DNA of 64,000 bases from the human T2T-CHM13v2.0 reference genome, Homo sapiens. The notes beneath the pieces were generated by a model, which ran no database searches, had not been told where the DNA came from, and saw only the letters and a program-made list of their open reading frames with translations. Position numbers and translations under genes: made by a program. Positions 38,374-54,768 of the stretch are shown here, one piece after another; the first letter of the stretch is position 1, and each line of letters begins with the position of its first letter. The DNA lies in the NCBI RefSeq assembly GCF_009914755.1, contig NC_060933.1. One strand, 5' to 3'.

Positions 38374-39518
38374 TGAGCTACGAATATAGATGGAATACAG
38401 ATGGAGTACCTGTTTGCTGTGTTCCGCTGCTGAGCTAGTCGCTGAATGCCGTCTGAGTGATTTGCTGCTGCAACCCCCAAACGGATACACAATTTTCCTT
38501 GCCTAAAATTTGGTAGAAGAGCAGAGCATTCATTAGTCTGGTGATCTGGAAAAGGATGGCCCCTTGGGCTTAGATCACACAGTAGTGGGAATGGCCTTCT
38601 TTGTTGGTCGTCGTTTTCTCCCACTAACTTATGGAAGAGAAGCAAATGACAGATAGACCAGCCGCAAGAGTTCAGGAGCTCTCTTCTGTGCTGTGCACCC
38701 TTTTCTTAACATGGGGAAGGCTCTGGAAACCCCTCCCTGAATGCTCTTCTGGAAAGGCAAACTGAGACCAGAAGACGGTATACGTTACTTCTTAGAACAT
38801 TTGTTGCCCTGAAAACTTTTTTTTTTTAATTCTATATCAAATGTAATTTTTCTGGGAATTTTTCCTTATAAAATAGAAAACTATTTTCATAGAATAGGTT
38901 CTTCTTGAGGTTTAGGTGAGGCAGGGCCCTGTGCTGTTAGCCCAGAGCATGCATAGATGAATAAAAACATGGACATTCGATATTTCACAGCTCAGGCCCA
39001 TGAGGGGAGCTTGGAGAGGTCACCTAGTGCCAGCTCATTTTTCTGCAAAGCAGCTGAAGCTTCTAGAGGGAAGGGACTTGACTCAGGGACTCCAGGGTCA
39101 TAGGACAAGCACCCGAGACACTGAGTTCTGGGCCTTGATTCTTTCACTGTTTCCACATAGCTTGTCCTCATGTGCTCGGTGAAAACTTTGGTTCTTGCAA
39201 ACTACAAAATAACATTCAACATGCCCAGCTTTGATGGAAAGGAAGCACAACCATTTGATAAAACATCAATAACACTACATTTGGTAGTGGCTGAGTGACA
39301 GGTGTCATAGTATTGGTGTCCAAAAATGCCCAGGTGCCAGATTGGTTGAGCTGCCAGGTGTGAATCAGATGTGACTCTCAGGTGTGAGTCATCATCCCCT
39401 TTTGTCAGATCTTTTACTCCAGAATTCTGCAGGGGCTCATTGGTTTCTCAGACCAGGGGTTGTGTCCAAGGGATGGCTTCAGAGAGCCCTTGGATATTAA
39501 AATAGCATGTGAAAGGAT

Positions 39519-40232
39519 TTTTTTTTTTTTTAAAGATGGGGTCTCACTATGTTGCCCAGGCTGGACTTGAACCCCTGGGTTCAAGCAATCCTTCTGCCTC
39601 AGCCTCCTGAGTAGCTGGGATTGCAGATATGTGCCCCCACCCCCTGCTAGCATGTCAACTTTTGCATGCATATCTATTTTTCTGGGCTCCGGATCCATGG
39701 CCATTCAAAAAGTGGTCTGTGAGCTTAAAAATTTTTAGTAATACCCGCTGGGATCTTTCAAAGACTCTGTAGAAGCCACCAACTTTGGCCAGGAGTGGTG
39801 GCTCACACCTATAATCCCAGCAGTTTGGGAGGCCAAGGCTTGAAGATCACTTGAGATCAGGAGTTCAAGACCAGCAACAGAGTGAGACCCTGTCTCTATT
39901 GTTTAAAAAAAAAAGAAGGCCAGGCCTGGTGGCTCACGTCTGTAATCCCACCACTTTGGGAGGCTGAGGCAGGCAGATCACCAGGTCAGGAGATCGAGAC
40001 CATCCTGGCTAACATGGTGAAACCCCGTCGCTACTAAAAATACAACAACAACAAAAAATTAGCCGGGCGTGGTGGCGGGCACCTATAGTCCCAGCTATTC
40101 GGGAGGCTGAGGCAGGAGAATGGCGTGAACCCGGGAGGCAGAGCTTGGCAGTGAGTGGAGATCGCGCCACTGCACTCCAGCCTGGGCGACAGAGCAAGAC
40201 TCCGTCTCCAAAAAAAAAAAAAAAAAAAAAAG
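39519..40232. mobile_element. FLAM(-) 39519-39650, FLAM(+) 39787-39915, AluY-like(+) 39918-40232
   Basis: Alu consensus. Confidence 0.85.
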
Positions 40233-40602
40233 AAAGATATATTTTTTAATGTAAAAAAAGAGAAGCTACCAACTTTTAGAAATAGTATAAGTGAAAAGAA
40301 GCATGAGCATAGCGGAAATAACGACAGAGAATCCAGATTGGCAGGAGTGAGGGCTCTGCCCTGCTCACTCTCTCCTGTAATCCATGAGATGTTGAGAAAC
40401 ACGTTGGGTGAGGATGTGGAAAGTTGGGTAAGGCTGTCAGACCAGCTCTTCCACGTCAGAGCCGTTCACTGGGTGTCACGGGTAGGGGGCTGGGGTGGCG
40501 GGTGCAGGGGAGGCAGGGGAGTTGGATTTCTGCAAGCTGTGCCTGTGCTTGTTCTTTAAGAGCTCATAAACTCTCTAGACGGGTTGCTCTTTGATGCCCT
40601 GA

Positions 40603-40743
<141 letters not shown>

Positions 40744-41248
40744 TGAGTGTGTGAGTGTGTGCTCACCATCCACACGGCCAGCTTGCTGTGGCCCACCCAA
40801 GCCCCTGCCACAGCAGCTGAGCTTGGAATTAGGTTGTTTCCATGGGGCCAAGCTCATCAGTGGTTTTCCATCTTGATTTCTGGCCTGTGCATGGGGCGTG
40901 CATGAGCAGGAGAAAGAGAAAAGGGGTAACAAGGGAGGACCCAACGCTGGGTGGGAAGAGGGATTCAGGGCCTCCTCTGAACTGGTGTCAGCAGCCACGT
41001 AGTCTGGTTTGGGTCACAAGTGAGATGGGTTTGGCAGCCTCGGTCTGGGGCCCATAGAAGATCCTGTGGTCACGAGCTCTATCGGGGTTGGTGTGTTTGG
41101 CCACACGTAAGTTGTCAGGCATCCTCAGCAGGGCAGGATCAAGATCAGGACCAGACTTGGCAAGGGACAGGCAGCTGGGGTAGAAAAGTCTCTGTGCCAC
41201 ATGCAGTTTTACTCTCTGGATAATCGAGTTGGGAGTTTGAGGCTATAA

Positions 41249-41545
<297 letters not shown>

Positions 41546-41548
41546 TAG

Positions 41549-41815
<267 letters not shown>

Positions 41816-42188
41816 TGATTTGTTTTCTTGCTTGCTTTTTTTACTTTTTATTTTGGTACTTGGAGAGGCTGGGGGCTCAGATGGGATTGTCTCCTAGAAG
41901 GAATAGAAGGATGGGAGCCAAGCAGTCTTCCAGCGGCTAGAGTGTTGGTGTGGAGTCCTGCACATGGCCAGTGCTCTGTTGAGTTGCTTTAAAGATTGCT
42001 TCACTGACACCAGACAGGCCAGTGATCTTCCCTGTTTCTGTCAGGCCACCCAAGGGACAGGGAGAAAGAAGTGAGGCTGGCGTCCTGTCTCCTGTGCCGT
42101 GGGGAAAATCTGGCCATCTCGCTCATATGTGGCTCCAGTGAATGCTGCTCAGTGGAGTTTTTGAGTCGCGGAAACTGCATCACGTTAA

Positions 42189-42476
<288 letters not shown>

Positions 42477-43497
42477 TAAAAGGTGCTTAAATGTTCCTGC
42501 CCAGGTTTTGTAACCTTCCAGTGGGGATCATACAGTTCCTAAGGGCTGGTTTATTTGGCTCTCTTTGGTTCCATTGTCTCCTCTGTGCCAGGTGCGAGCC
42601 CAGACTCAGGCTGCCTTTTCTGTGGCCAGGGGTAAGGGGCACAGATTGAGTAGGAGAGCCCTCCTCAGGAGGCCCCATCTCACCATCCAAGGGTCCCTGC
42701 CGCCTGCAATCTAACTGTTGTGATCCAGAAGACCTGCTGGCGCTCTACCATGGGCTCAGGAGCTGGCAGTTGCATCTGTTGTGGCCACTCGGGGCTGCAG
42801 CTGAGGCTGTCGCAGTGACATCTGGTTCACTGCTCTGTCCTCACCACCTGCAGGGGTGGGTGCTAGTGCATATGCTGAATGAACGAGTATCATTTGGGCA
42901 GCGTTTCCCAGAGGATTCCAAGGAATGTGAGTGCTGTACAATATTCATAGGTGTTGAATGAAAACAATGTTTTGGAAGTGCTGGGCTCTACGAGGTTCTT
43001 TACTCGAGAGTCTGCGGTCTCTGTCACATGCAGATGGACACCGGGGATCTGCAGGAAGCGGGGGCACTGTTGCATTTCCAGCCTCTGTTACCAGAGCCCT
43101 CTTTTTCAGTTTGCTGAGGGGCACAGCCTTCCCTGTCTGGCCCAGGGCATCTCCAGGCCAGGTGGCAGGTGCCTTCTGAACCAGATGTTTGTGTGCGGGC
43201 TGCCAGTCCATATTTATACTGCCGGGACATGGCTCTCCCTGTCTGGAGGGCACTATGGAGTGTGGATATGGGGGTGGCTCTCTGCAGACTTGTGTGGAGG
43301 AAACTGATGGAGGCAGCCATCTCCAGGAGATCAGTCATGGTCCTGGCTGCCATCAGTTTCATCTGGGTGGTCTTGGGTACATGTGGCCAATACTGAAGAT
43401 GCATTTGGACAATTCATAGACACGGAGCTCTAGGTGCTTTTGGGAAAAGCCATGGATGGGTTTGGGCAAGTCATAGATACATTTGGACGAGCCTTGA

Positions 43498-43731
<234 letters not shown>

Positions 43732-43813
43732 TAGCTTACAAAGAGGCAGAAGGGAGGAGTCCCCGAACCCCTAAAGCTTAGATTGGCTCTGTCCACTGCC
43801 AGCGTGATAGTAA

Positions 43814-44101
<288 letters not shown>

Positions 44102-44563
44102 TAACAGCCCCGAATGTCACCTCCTGGCCTTGTCTTAAGTAGCATGTAGAAGTAGCAACTTGTTTTTAGGCCCAGTGGTCGTAGCTCCCATGTGCTGCAG
44201 GTAATGTGCACGTCCTGCTTCCCCACGCTGGGAAACAGAACTGGGGGATAACAGCGAGGCACTCCTGCCTACTGGTGACAGGAGCGAGCAAAGGCTTGAC
44301 TTTGAGTCAGACCTGGGTCATGTGCTGGAGCCGTGTCGCCTCGGCTGGTGAGCAGCTCTTGCCGAGCCACAGTGTCCTCTCCTCTCTTACATGAAACTCC
44401 GTGGGGTGGCCACACCCGTGAGGCCAGGTCTTACCTGGAAAGGGCTTTGTATCAACAGAGCCCTCAGTCACTGGCAGCTACTTTTGTCCTGATTGCTGCC
44501 ATCCTTATCGTGTGCCAGTGTCCCCAAGGGGAAGCGTGGGGGTTTTGAGGGCCCAGCTGCCAG

Positions 44564-44649
44564 TCTCAGTGATGTAATTCCAATAGATCCTTCTGACCCT
44601 CCACTGTGGACTCAATAGCAGGGAGATGAAGAGGACAGTGACTGAGAGA
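44564..44649 (+). ncRNA. SNORD62A: Box C/D snoRNA U62 copy A (guide for 18S rRNA 2'-O-methylation, A590 by my recollection)
   Basis: C box GTGATGT 44569-75, D' CTGA 44593-96, D CTGA 44642-45, terminal stem GTCTC/GAGAC; guide TCCAATAGATCCT is complementary (one mismatch) to 18S AGGAUCCAUUGGA. Confidence 0.95.
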
Positions 44650-44940
44650 CCAAGGCAGCCCTGGTTAAAGTAGAATGCCCCTTCGAGTGTCTGGGGTAGT
44701 TGGTGAGTGGGAGGTGGGAAGGGTAGGCCAGAGCCCACCTGCCTCCTCCCTCCTCCTAGGTCTGACGCTGCACCCTCCCTACGTTCCCTGAGGTGCGTGC
44801 CAGGCGTGTTGTGAGCAGGCGTGTGCTTCAGGCACACAGGGAACCTAGCAGCCTCTGTACACACGCCCTCGTCCCCACTGAGTCCCCTGGGTAGAGCAGA
44901 CCTGTAGACTGTTTCCCTCAGGGACATTGAGAAGTAGTGA

Positions 44941-45252
<312 letters not shown>

Positions 45253-45848
45253 TAATCGAGACAGGGAAGAGGAGTGGAGTTGGCTGCTCCAGACTCTGCT
45301 TAGTTTTCCTTTCTCAAAGTTCTCCCTCCTGTGTCCTAGCCGGGGAATTAGCTAAAATGGAATTTTCTTTGGTGATCAGGTATCCTTCTGATGAAGAGAA
45401 GAAAGGCCTAAACTCCCAGGCATGGATGCATTAGAAAGAGGTAGTCTTAGAAATGAGCAGGCGTTGGTTATTTATGCAGGACTGGCATACTTTTTCTGTG
45501 CTGCCAAGGGGTGATTTTTGGAAGTCTCCCCTCTAATGCTGGTGCTGGGCCTTTGGGATGGTCTAGCCGCCCCTCAGACCCATGTGCCTCCACAGCCACG
45601 ACAGTGGACTTCCAGGCAGAATCTGCTCCAAGTGCAGGCTTGCTGATGGAGGATGTGGCCTCTGCTGACCTCTTTTTAAAAACATGTTCTTAACTGCTGT
45701 ATTGTTTGGTTACCAAGATTTTGGTTCTTGCATAACTGGGTCAGACTGCATGTATCTTTCTTTTTGTGCATTGTTAAATTCAGCGTTATGTTTTTGGAAC
45801 TCACCTCTGTTGACGTACGTGCTAGGATCCATTTTTGTTGCTGTGTAG

Positions 45849-46196
<348 letters not shown>

Positions 46197-46466
46197 TGAG
46201 CTCATGTACCAGCTTGCGGAGCTGGCAGCTCACAGCCAGGGCCTTGGCCCTGTGTGCAGCCTTCGTCCTGCAGCTGTTTGGTGCTTGTCTGCTTTGGGGC
46301 CAGTGGGGCGGGGAGGGGTGGGAGTTTGCTCTGAATCACTCTTCAGTCCGTTGTTAACTGTGCTCTAGGAGAGGCCTGGGGCGAGCTGATACGTGGTGGG
46401 CCGTGTTTTGCTTTTCCATGTCATCTTGCCTCCTTTCCTTGCTCCTTCCTCCTCCTCTCCCCTTGA

Positions 46467-47108
<642 letters not shown>

Positions 47109-47170
47109 TAGCCACCGTGCCCATTCCTCAGCGTGCAGGAAATCAGCCTCTTCTGAGTAGCCCCATCACC

Positions 47171-48380
47171 TTTTTTTTTTTTTTGGACAGAGTCTCGCTC
47201 TGTTGCCTAGGCTGGAGTGCAGTGGCATGATCTCGGCTCACTACAACCTCTGTCTCCCACATTCAGGCGATGCTCCTGCCTCAGCCTCCTGAGTAGCTGG
47301 GACTACAAGTGTGTGCCACTGTGCCTGGCTAATTTTTGTATTAGTAGAGATGGGGTTTCACCATGTTGGCCAGGCTGGTCTCGAACCCCTGACCTCAAAG
47401 TGATCTGCCCGCCTTGGCCTCCCAAAGGGCTGGGATGACAGGCGTGAGCCACCACCCCTGGCCCCTCATCCATCTCTTTATTCTTGAGACCTGGCTGTCC
47501 CCTAAGCACTGCCTGCTCCTGCAGCCCCCAGACGGGGGCTCCTTCCTTTCTCCCTGCCCTTGTGCAGTAGGGTGTGGAATGGGTTAAGAGTCCTCTTTGT
47601 GTAGTTGTTGATGCTTCTAGACTCCTCTTCTTCCTTCCTCCCTGAAACGCCAGCTTTGAAGCCCACACCATAGACTGTGCCTGACAAGCCCTTCACTCTG
47701 CTATGGTGCCATCACCACATCCAGTGTCTGCTGAGAAATCTTCCTCTCCGTCAACCTGTGGGCAGTATTTGGCACCTTTGAAGGTCACCCTCCTTGTCTG
47801 GTCTGGCTTGCAGTCTGTCTCCACTCTCCTGTTCCAGTTCCTAGTGGTTTTGATGTCTGCAGAGATGACCCCGGGTCTCTGTGCCATGGACCCTGTCCAT
47901 GCAGTTTGTGCCCTCCTCGCCACTGGTGCCCTTGTTCACATGGGCCCCTGCTCTGTGCACTCCTGTCTAGGCTTGGCTGCTCCCAGTAGCTGTGGCTCTC
48001 GCATAATCTCAACTCTCAGTGTCCCTCTCAGTTGTCACCTCTGGCTTTTTCAATTCACTCCCTCTAGTGACCCAACTCCAAAATTCTTTTTTTTTTTTTT
48101 TTTTGAGATGGAGTTTCGCTCTGTTGCCCAGGCTGGAGTGCAGTGGCGCAATCTCGGCTCACTGCAACCTCTCTGTCTCCTGGGTTCAAGCAATTATCGT
48201 GCCTCAGCCTCCCGAGTAGCTGGGATTACAGGCGCCCACCACCCACCGGCTAATTTTTGTATTTTTAGTAGAGATGGGGGTTTCACCATGTCAGGCTGAT
48301 CTCGAACTGCTGACCTCAGTGAGCCACCCACCTTGGCCTCCCAAAGTGCTGGGATTACAGGTGTTAGCCACCACACCCAG
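47171..48380 (-). mobile_element. Two Alus (47171-47463; 48087-48380)
   Basis: Alu consensus. Confidence 0.88.
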
Positions 48381-48699
48381 TCTCTGCCACCCATGTTTTT
48401 GTCATCCTCCCCCTTGGCCTGGCTTCTTCCTCCCCATCAGCAGATCTGCCGAGCCACATGGCCTTTGCATTTCATCCAAGCTGTGGCTCCCAGTCAACCC
48501 CCACCCTCCTAGCAGCTTTTCAGACTTGCATCTTGCCCCTCGCTGCCTCCCACCCATGACCTCCCTTTCTGTGTCACCCAGGAAACAGGAGCAGTGACAG
48601 TCTCCAAGCCCCTGTGGCCACATCCCTGCCTAGGTGCTGCCTGTGCCCCTGGGGGGCCCTGCCCCAGCACATCTCCCTCTCTTTCATGCATCAGATATC

Positions 48700-49985
48700 C
48701 CTTCCCATCAGTACACAGACGAGCTGCAGTGCTGACCCCGTAATCCCGCCCCCCACACCCCTCGAACCACTTTCTTCACCCAGTTTCCAGGCCGTCGCTC
48801 CTGGCTTTCCTGCTGCCTCAGGCCTCCTCCTCAGTCTCCTTTGCTGTCCCCTCTCCTTCCCAGTCTGTAATGGTCAGCATGCCCGTGGGCCCTGCTTTGG
48901 GTGTGTTTCAAGAGTCATGGCTCTAAATTCCTTCATCTTCTCCTCACTCCCAAATGGACATCTTTAGCTCAGATCTGTCCCTGGAATTGAATCTCAAATC
49001 CAATGGACTTTCCAGCATGTCTGCTATGGTGTCTTATGGCATCTCAAGACTCATCATATTCAAAACTCGATTTTCCTCCCGGTCCTTCTGCTTGTCCAGT
49101 CCACATCCTCCTTGGCTCCCTGCTCCCCCTCACCTCACCCCCTTACCCTTCAGCAGGCCTGTCAGCTCTGGCTTTAAAAGGATTCAGAATCCAGCTGTGT
49201 CTCATCCCCTCCACACCCCTGCATGCTGTCCAGCTCCTGTAGGGACTCCTACCTGGCCTCCCTGCAAGTCAGATCATACCCCAAGTCAGCACTCTATAAA
49301 TGGCAGCATGTTCCCATCATTTTCATCCTGCACCATTTTGGTGCTCCAAGGAGGAGCATGGTGTTTTGCGGCTCTGGCCACCACAAGTCTCAGTGATGTA
49401 ATTCCAATAGATCCTTCTGACCCTCCACTGTGGACTCAATAGCAGGGAGATGAAGAGGACAGTGACTGAGAGACCAAAAGTGGCCCAGCCCCCCTACCCC
49501 ATCCTGTTCCCCTGTCCTTACAGTCTCTGGGCCCACATCCCCACCTCGCATATCTTGTTCTAGTTAGTTAGGCCCTGCAGCTACCCTGTTCTCCTGTCAG
49601 CATGCTTCAAAGGACCCCCACAGTCTGGAATCCAGCCCAGTCTTGTTTTTACCACCACTTGATGCAAAACAGTAAGAGTCTTGAACGTGTGTGCTGTACA
49701 AAGGAATGCAGAGATATACGTCCGATGCAGCTTTCATCTTTTGGGACTTGGCTTGGCCATTACTTCTGACTTTCCTCACTCGTCCTCTCCTTGCCCACCC
49801 CGCCCCGTGTGCACCCATAAATCTGGTGTGCACCCACAGATCCTATGCCGCTCTGCATCCCGAGTGTCCTGCAGCTGTGTCCAGTGTGTGACACACTATC
49901 CTGGCAGTGTGCAGGCCCATGTTGGACAGGGCCCTGCCGCTTCCTTGGCACCTTGTATGCTTTCAGTAAGCACTTGCTGGACAAA
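48700..49985 (+). mobile_element. Degenerate L2 fragments surrounding SNORD62B
   Basis: catctcaagactcatcatattcaaaact, agtcagatcat, cttcagtaagcacttgctgga L2-like motifs. Confidence 0.55.
49388..49473 (+). ncRNA. SNORD62B: Box C/D snoRNA U62 copy B
   Basis: 86 nt identical to 44564-44649, with the same C, D' and D boxes and terminal stem. Confidence 0.95.
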
Positions 49986-50242
49986 GGCAGAAAGGGCTGA
50001 AGATAGACGCAGCCCTTAGCAGAGATGTGGATGAGACACACTTAACGCTGTTAGTTCCCATGCCTGCAGCCAGCTTAGTCTTGCCCGTTTTCTCACCACC
50101 TACTCTATTCCAGCAAGAAGACGTGCCTCTGCCATCGAAGGTGTGAAATCCTGGGCGATCTCTCCTGTGCTGCAGTAGAAATTAGAGCATGTCCTGCTTT
50201 ATGCAGGCTTTGCTTTAGTTCTTCTGAAGTGTATGAATCTGA

Positions 50243-50542
<300 letters not shown>

Positions 50543-51070
50543 TAGCAAGCTAAGTACCCCTGTGTGGTAGAAAGAGCCAGTGGCGTGGGACTGCCAGGGC
50601 AGAAAGGAAGGTGACCATGTGTGGGGCCATCACAGAGGCAGGTCCTGGGGACTCTGAACATGTCGAGGGCTGAGGGCCAGGAATCAGCATTCCTCCCCAG
50701 CTCCCCAGGAGGCCCTGCTATGGACGGCCATGTTTCATTGGCTCTCCCACTTCACTTTAAAAAGAACAAAATATTGTGATGGTTCTTGCTTCTAAGAAGA
50801 AGCCCTCTTGAGTCTGGCTTAGAGGGAAAGGGCTTGCAGATTTCTCTAGAACAGGGGTCCCCAGTCCCCGGGCTGCAGAGCTGTACTGGTCTGTGGGAAA
50901 ATTGTCTTCCATGAAACTGGGCCCTGGTGCCAAAAACCACTGCTCTATAAGATGCCTCCCTGGGAATTCCCATGGCCCTCACCACCTCTGCCCTGGGTTG
51001 TTCAGTAAGTGTGTGGTCCAGCTGTCTCCAGGGCCTCAAATGACAGCTTGTTCCTGCTTGGTCTCTCTAG

Positions 51071-51163
<93 letters not shown>

Positions 51164-52882
51164 TAAAGCCACTCCCTGGGGACTGCGTGCTGTGTAGCTG
51201 AGCAGTTGCCAGAGCTGCGGCCCAGTGACTCAGAAGAATCTGGGCCCAGGGAGAGCCGCCAGAGACCTGGTCCCTCTATGGGCCATGTGTCACTGTGGTG
51301 TTTCAGCACTGGGATGCACTTGTGTTCCAGTTAAATTTGGGGGAGTGAGGAGTCAGGAGAGTGGTTTTGGTTTTAATCATTATAATAAGATGCTCTGGAT
51401 TGGGGAGCTTTCTGGAAAGGTAGGAAAAGGAACGGCTGACATTTAGTAGGCATCAGGACTGACGTGACTTCCCATTAGATCCTAAAAACAGGACCCACTG
51501 GCCACAGGGCTGCATCCTGGCAAGGGGAGGAGCGTGGCCTTTCCCAGCGTCTCTTTCCTCAGACTTGCCCTATGACCCCTGCCAGGGGACTTTTTATTGC
51601 TGGGCTTATGGGGCCATTCCTTCCATGCTACAAACCAGCACCCTCTTTTTGCTTCCTTTGTGTCTGTCTCCACCTCCAGCAACTGTCTCAGGTCCCCTTA
51701 GCTGGATACTCAGGTGGCTCTGTCGGATGTTGGCGAGAGCCTCTGGTCCACTGCCTTTTCTGCCCGTGCTGGTGTGTGAAGGCAGCACGCTCTGGCCCTG
51801 GGCTCCGAGGGCTTGTACAGTCCACCCTTGTTACATGTGGGAGATTCCTGAGACCCCTCTGTGTTTACAAATGAGTGAAACAGACCTGCCTGACCCATGG
51901 TGCCCTGTGAGGTTAACACCATCGCTGCAGACGCCATGAGGTATCCCCACGACTACACAGGTACTTGTGGGCCTGAGGAGCGCTCTGCAAGCCGGGCCCC
52001 CATGGTCTGCAAGTTGCTCCAGCTGCATCCCCTCTGCCTCGCTGCCCTCCCTCTGCCCTTTGCCTGTCCTCCATCACAGCATTCCACTCTTGTACCTTCA
52101 TTTCCAGAGAAAGGGGTTTTTGTAGATTTTCCTCCCATTCCATCTTTTCTGTTCTTATTTTCACTCTCCTGGCTTCATTTATTTCTGTTTTTAGTACGTT
52201 TCGTTTTCCTACCATGTCTGTCACATAGACCAAAACATCAGGACTGTGTGAAAAAGATAGCTGGACAGCACCGACCATGGAGCGGAACTGGAAGGAGGAA
52301 GGCGGCTGCAGGTCTCAGCAGACGCTGTCCCGCTGCTGCCACAGGCAGATTCCAGCAGCCTCTGGCTACAGAGCCTTCCTCAAAAAGCAAAACCCAGAGA
52401 CAGAGCCTCACGGGACAAGAGTCGCCTGTGTCTATGTAGTTGTAGGAATGAATGGCAGCAGATTATTCTTTGGAGCATATTTAGAAAGTGGAAGCCTTAA
52501 ACTAGTAGCTTTGTTTCTATGGTGTTTTAGGGGGGTTGGGGAAATTGCTATAATTGTATAAAGCAGTGTTTGCCAAAGTGTTCTGGAAATAGAGCTGCTG
52601 AGATGTGCGCTGCAAAAACAAGGGTTCCCTGGTCAGGTCCTTGGGGGAGTGCTGTCCCCAGGGTGGCCTGCTGGGGAGGGTACTCACCACACAGGCTGAG
52701 CGGGCCTAGGTTGAGAGTCCTGTTGAACTCTGCACACGGCACTTAGGCTTTTTGACCGCAGACGTTTTTTTTTTCCACGTAGCACCTAATTAACATCCCT
52801 GGGAACTAACTAGTGGTCAGTGGAACACATTTAGAAGCATGTTGTACATTTTGGTTCCCCCATCCCCTTTTCTGAAAAGTGA

Positions 52883-53419
<537 letters not shown>

Positions 53420-54525
53420 TAGGCCCGTCTCCAAGCGCCAAAAGAGAAGGGACTGTCCAACCTATCTGAGCGCCCCCTGTCTAAAGACAGCCATGCCCTA
53501 GCGGTTAGAGCACAGAACCGGGAGCTGGGCCGCCCGCGTCCCTCCTGGCGAAGGCATTTCTCCTCTTGACGGGCGTCTGGATCCTTCCTTGTCCTGCAGA
53601 GAAGGGAGGATGCTGATTCCTCTGAGGAGGTGGTGCTGGAAGGTGGACCAGCCCTGGCAGGTCGGGGCTGAGGCGCCCTGGGAGACTCGGTTAGGTTTGG
53701 GGGTCGGCTTTAGGAGCCGGGGTGCGCGCGCTGGTTCTAGTCAGTGGTGTGTCTCATCTTTGTCTTGGCTGGGTGGGAGCACAGGTGAAATTAAGTTTTC
53801 CCATTTTATAATGAAAAGGACATCGCAGTGTCTTTTCCTGCACGCACTATTCTCTTCTCTATTCTCTAAAACGTGCTGGGGCTCAGAGCTTAAGCCCCTC
53901 AGACGTGGGTTTTTAATCAGTCACTGTGCCTGGCTGGTAGAGATGGGAAGTGATTGCTCTCATTGGTTCCCCTAGGGGTCATGAAAGTTGTGTGGAATGA
54001 GCTTCTAAAGCTTTCTTCCAGAGTTCAGACCTGGTGGGGGGCAGATGCGCTGGCTGCTCTGTGACTTCCCCACCCCACTCCCCGTGTAGAGCCACAGACC
54101 AGGGGAGCCCTGACTAGGAATGGGGCCCCAGGGAAAGGTTACAGAGTGGGAATGGTGGGGGGGTTGGCTGAATCGCGGCCAGAGATCTGTGGGGGCCAAG
54201 TCTGCCTAGGGCCCCAGCAGACAGTCGGGGGCTCCGAGACGTGCAGGGGGCACTTGGATCTACTTGAAGGGGCCTTTTTTGCCTGTGGGGCAGGAGGTGC
54301 ACTGATTTGAAAAGGTTCTTCCAGTTGGCCTTGGGACCAGAACTGCTTCCGCCCTGGGATGTGCCATCGCGGAATTCTTTGTGGAGGACCCGGTGTCTTC
54401 CTGCCTCTCCGAATCACTGCACTCAGGGCTTATGGGGAGGGAGCAGAGACGGCACTCGCGCCACTTTCCTTACTAGGAGGGGGGTTTCTAAGTCTGGTCC
54501 TTCAACCAAGGGACTGACAACTTAG

Positions 54526-54768
<243 letters not shown>

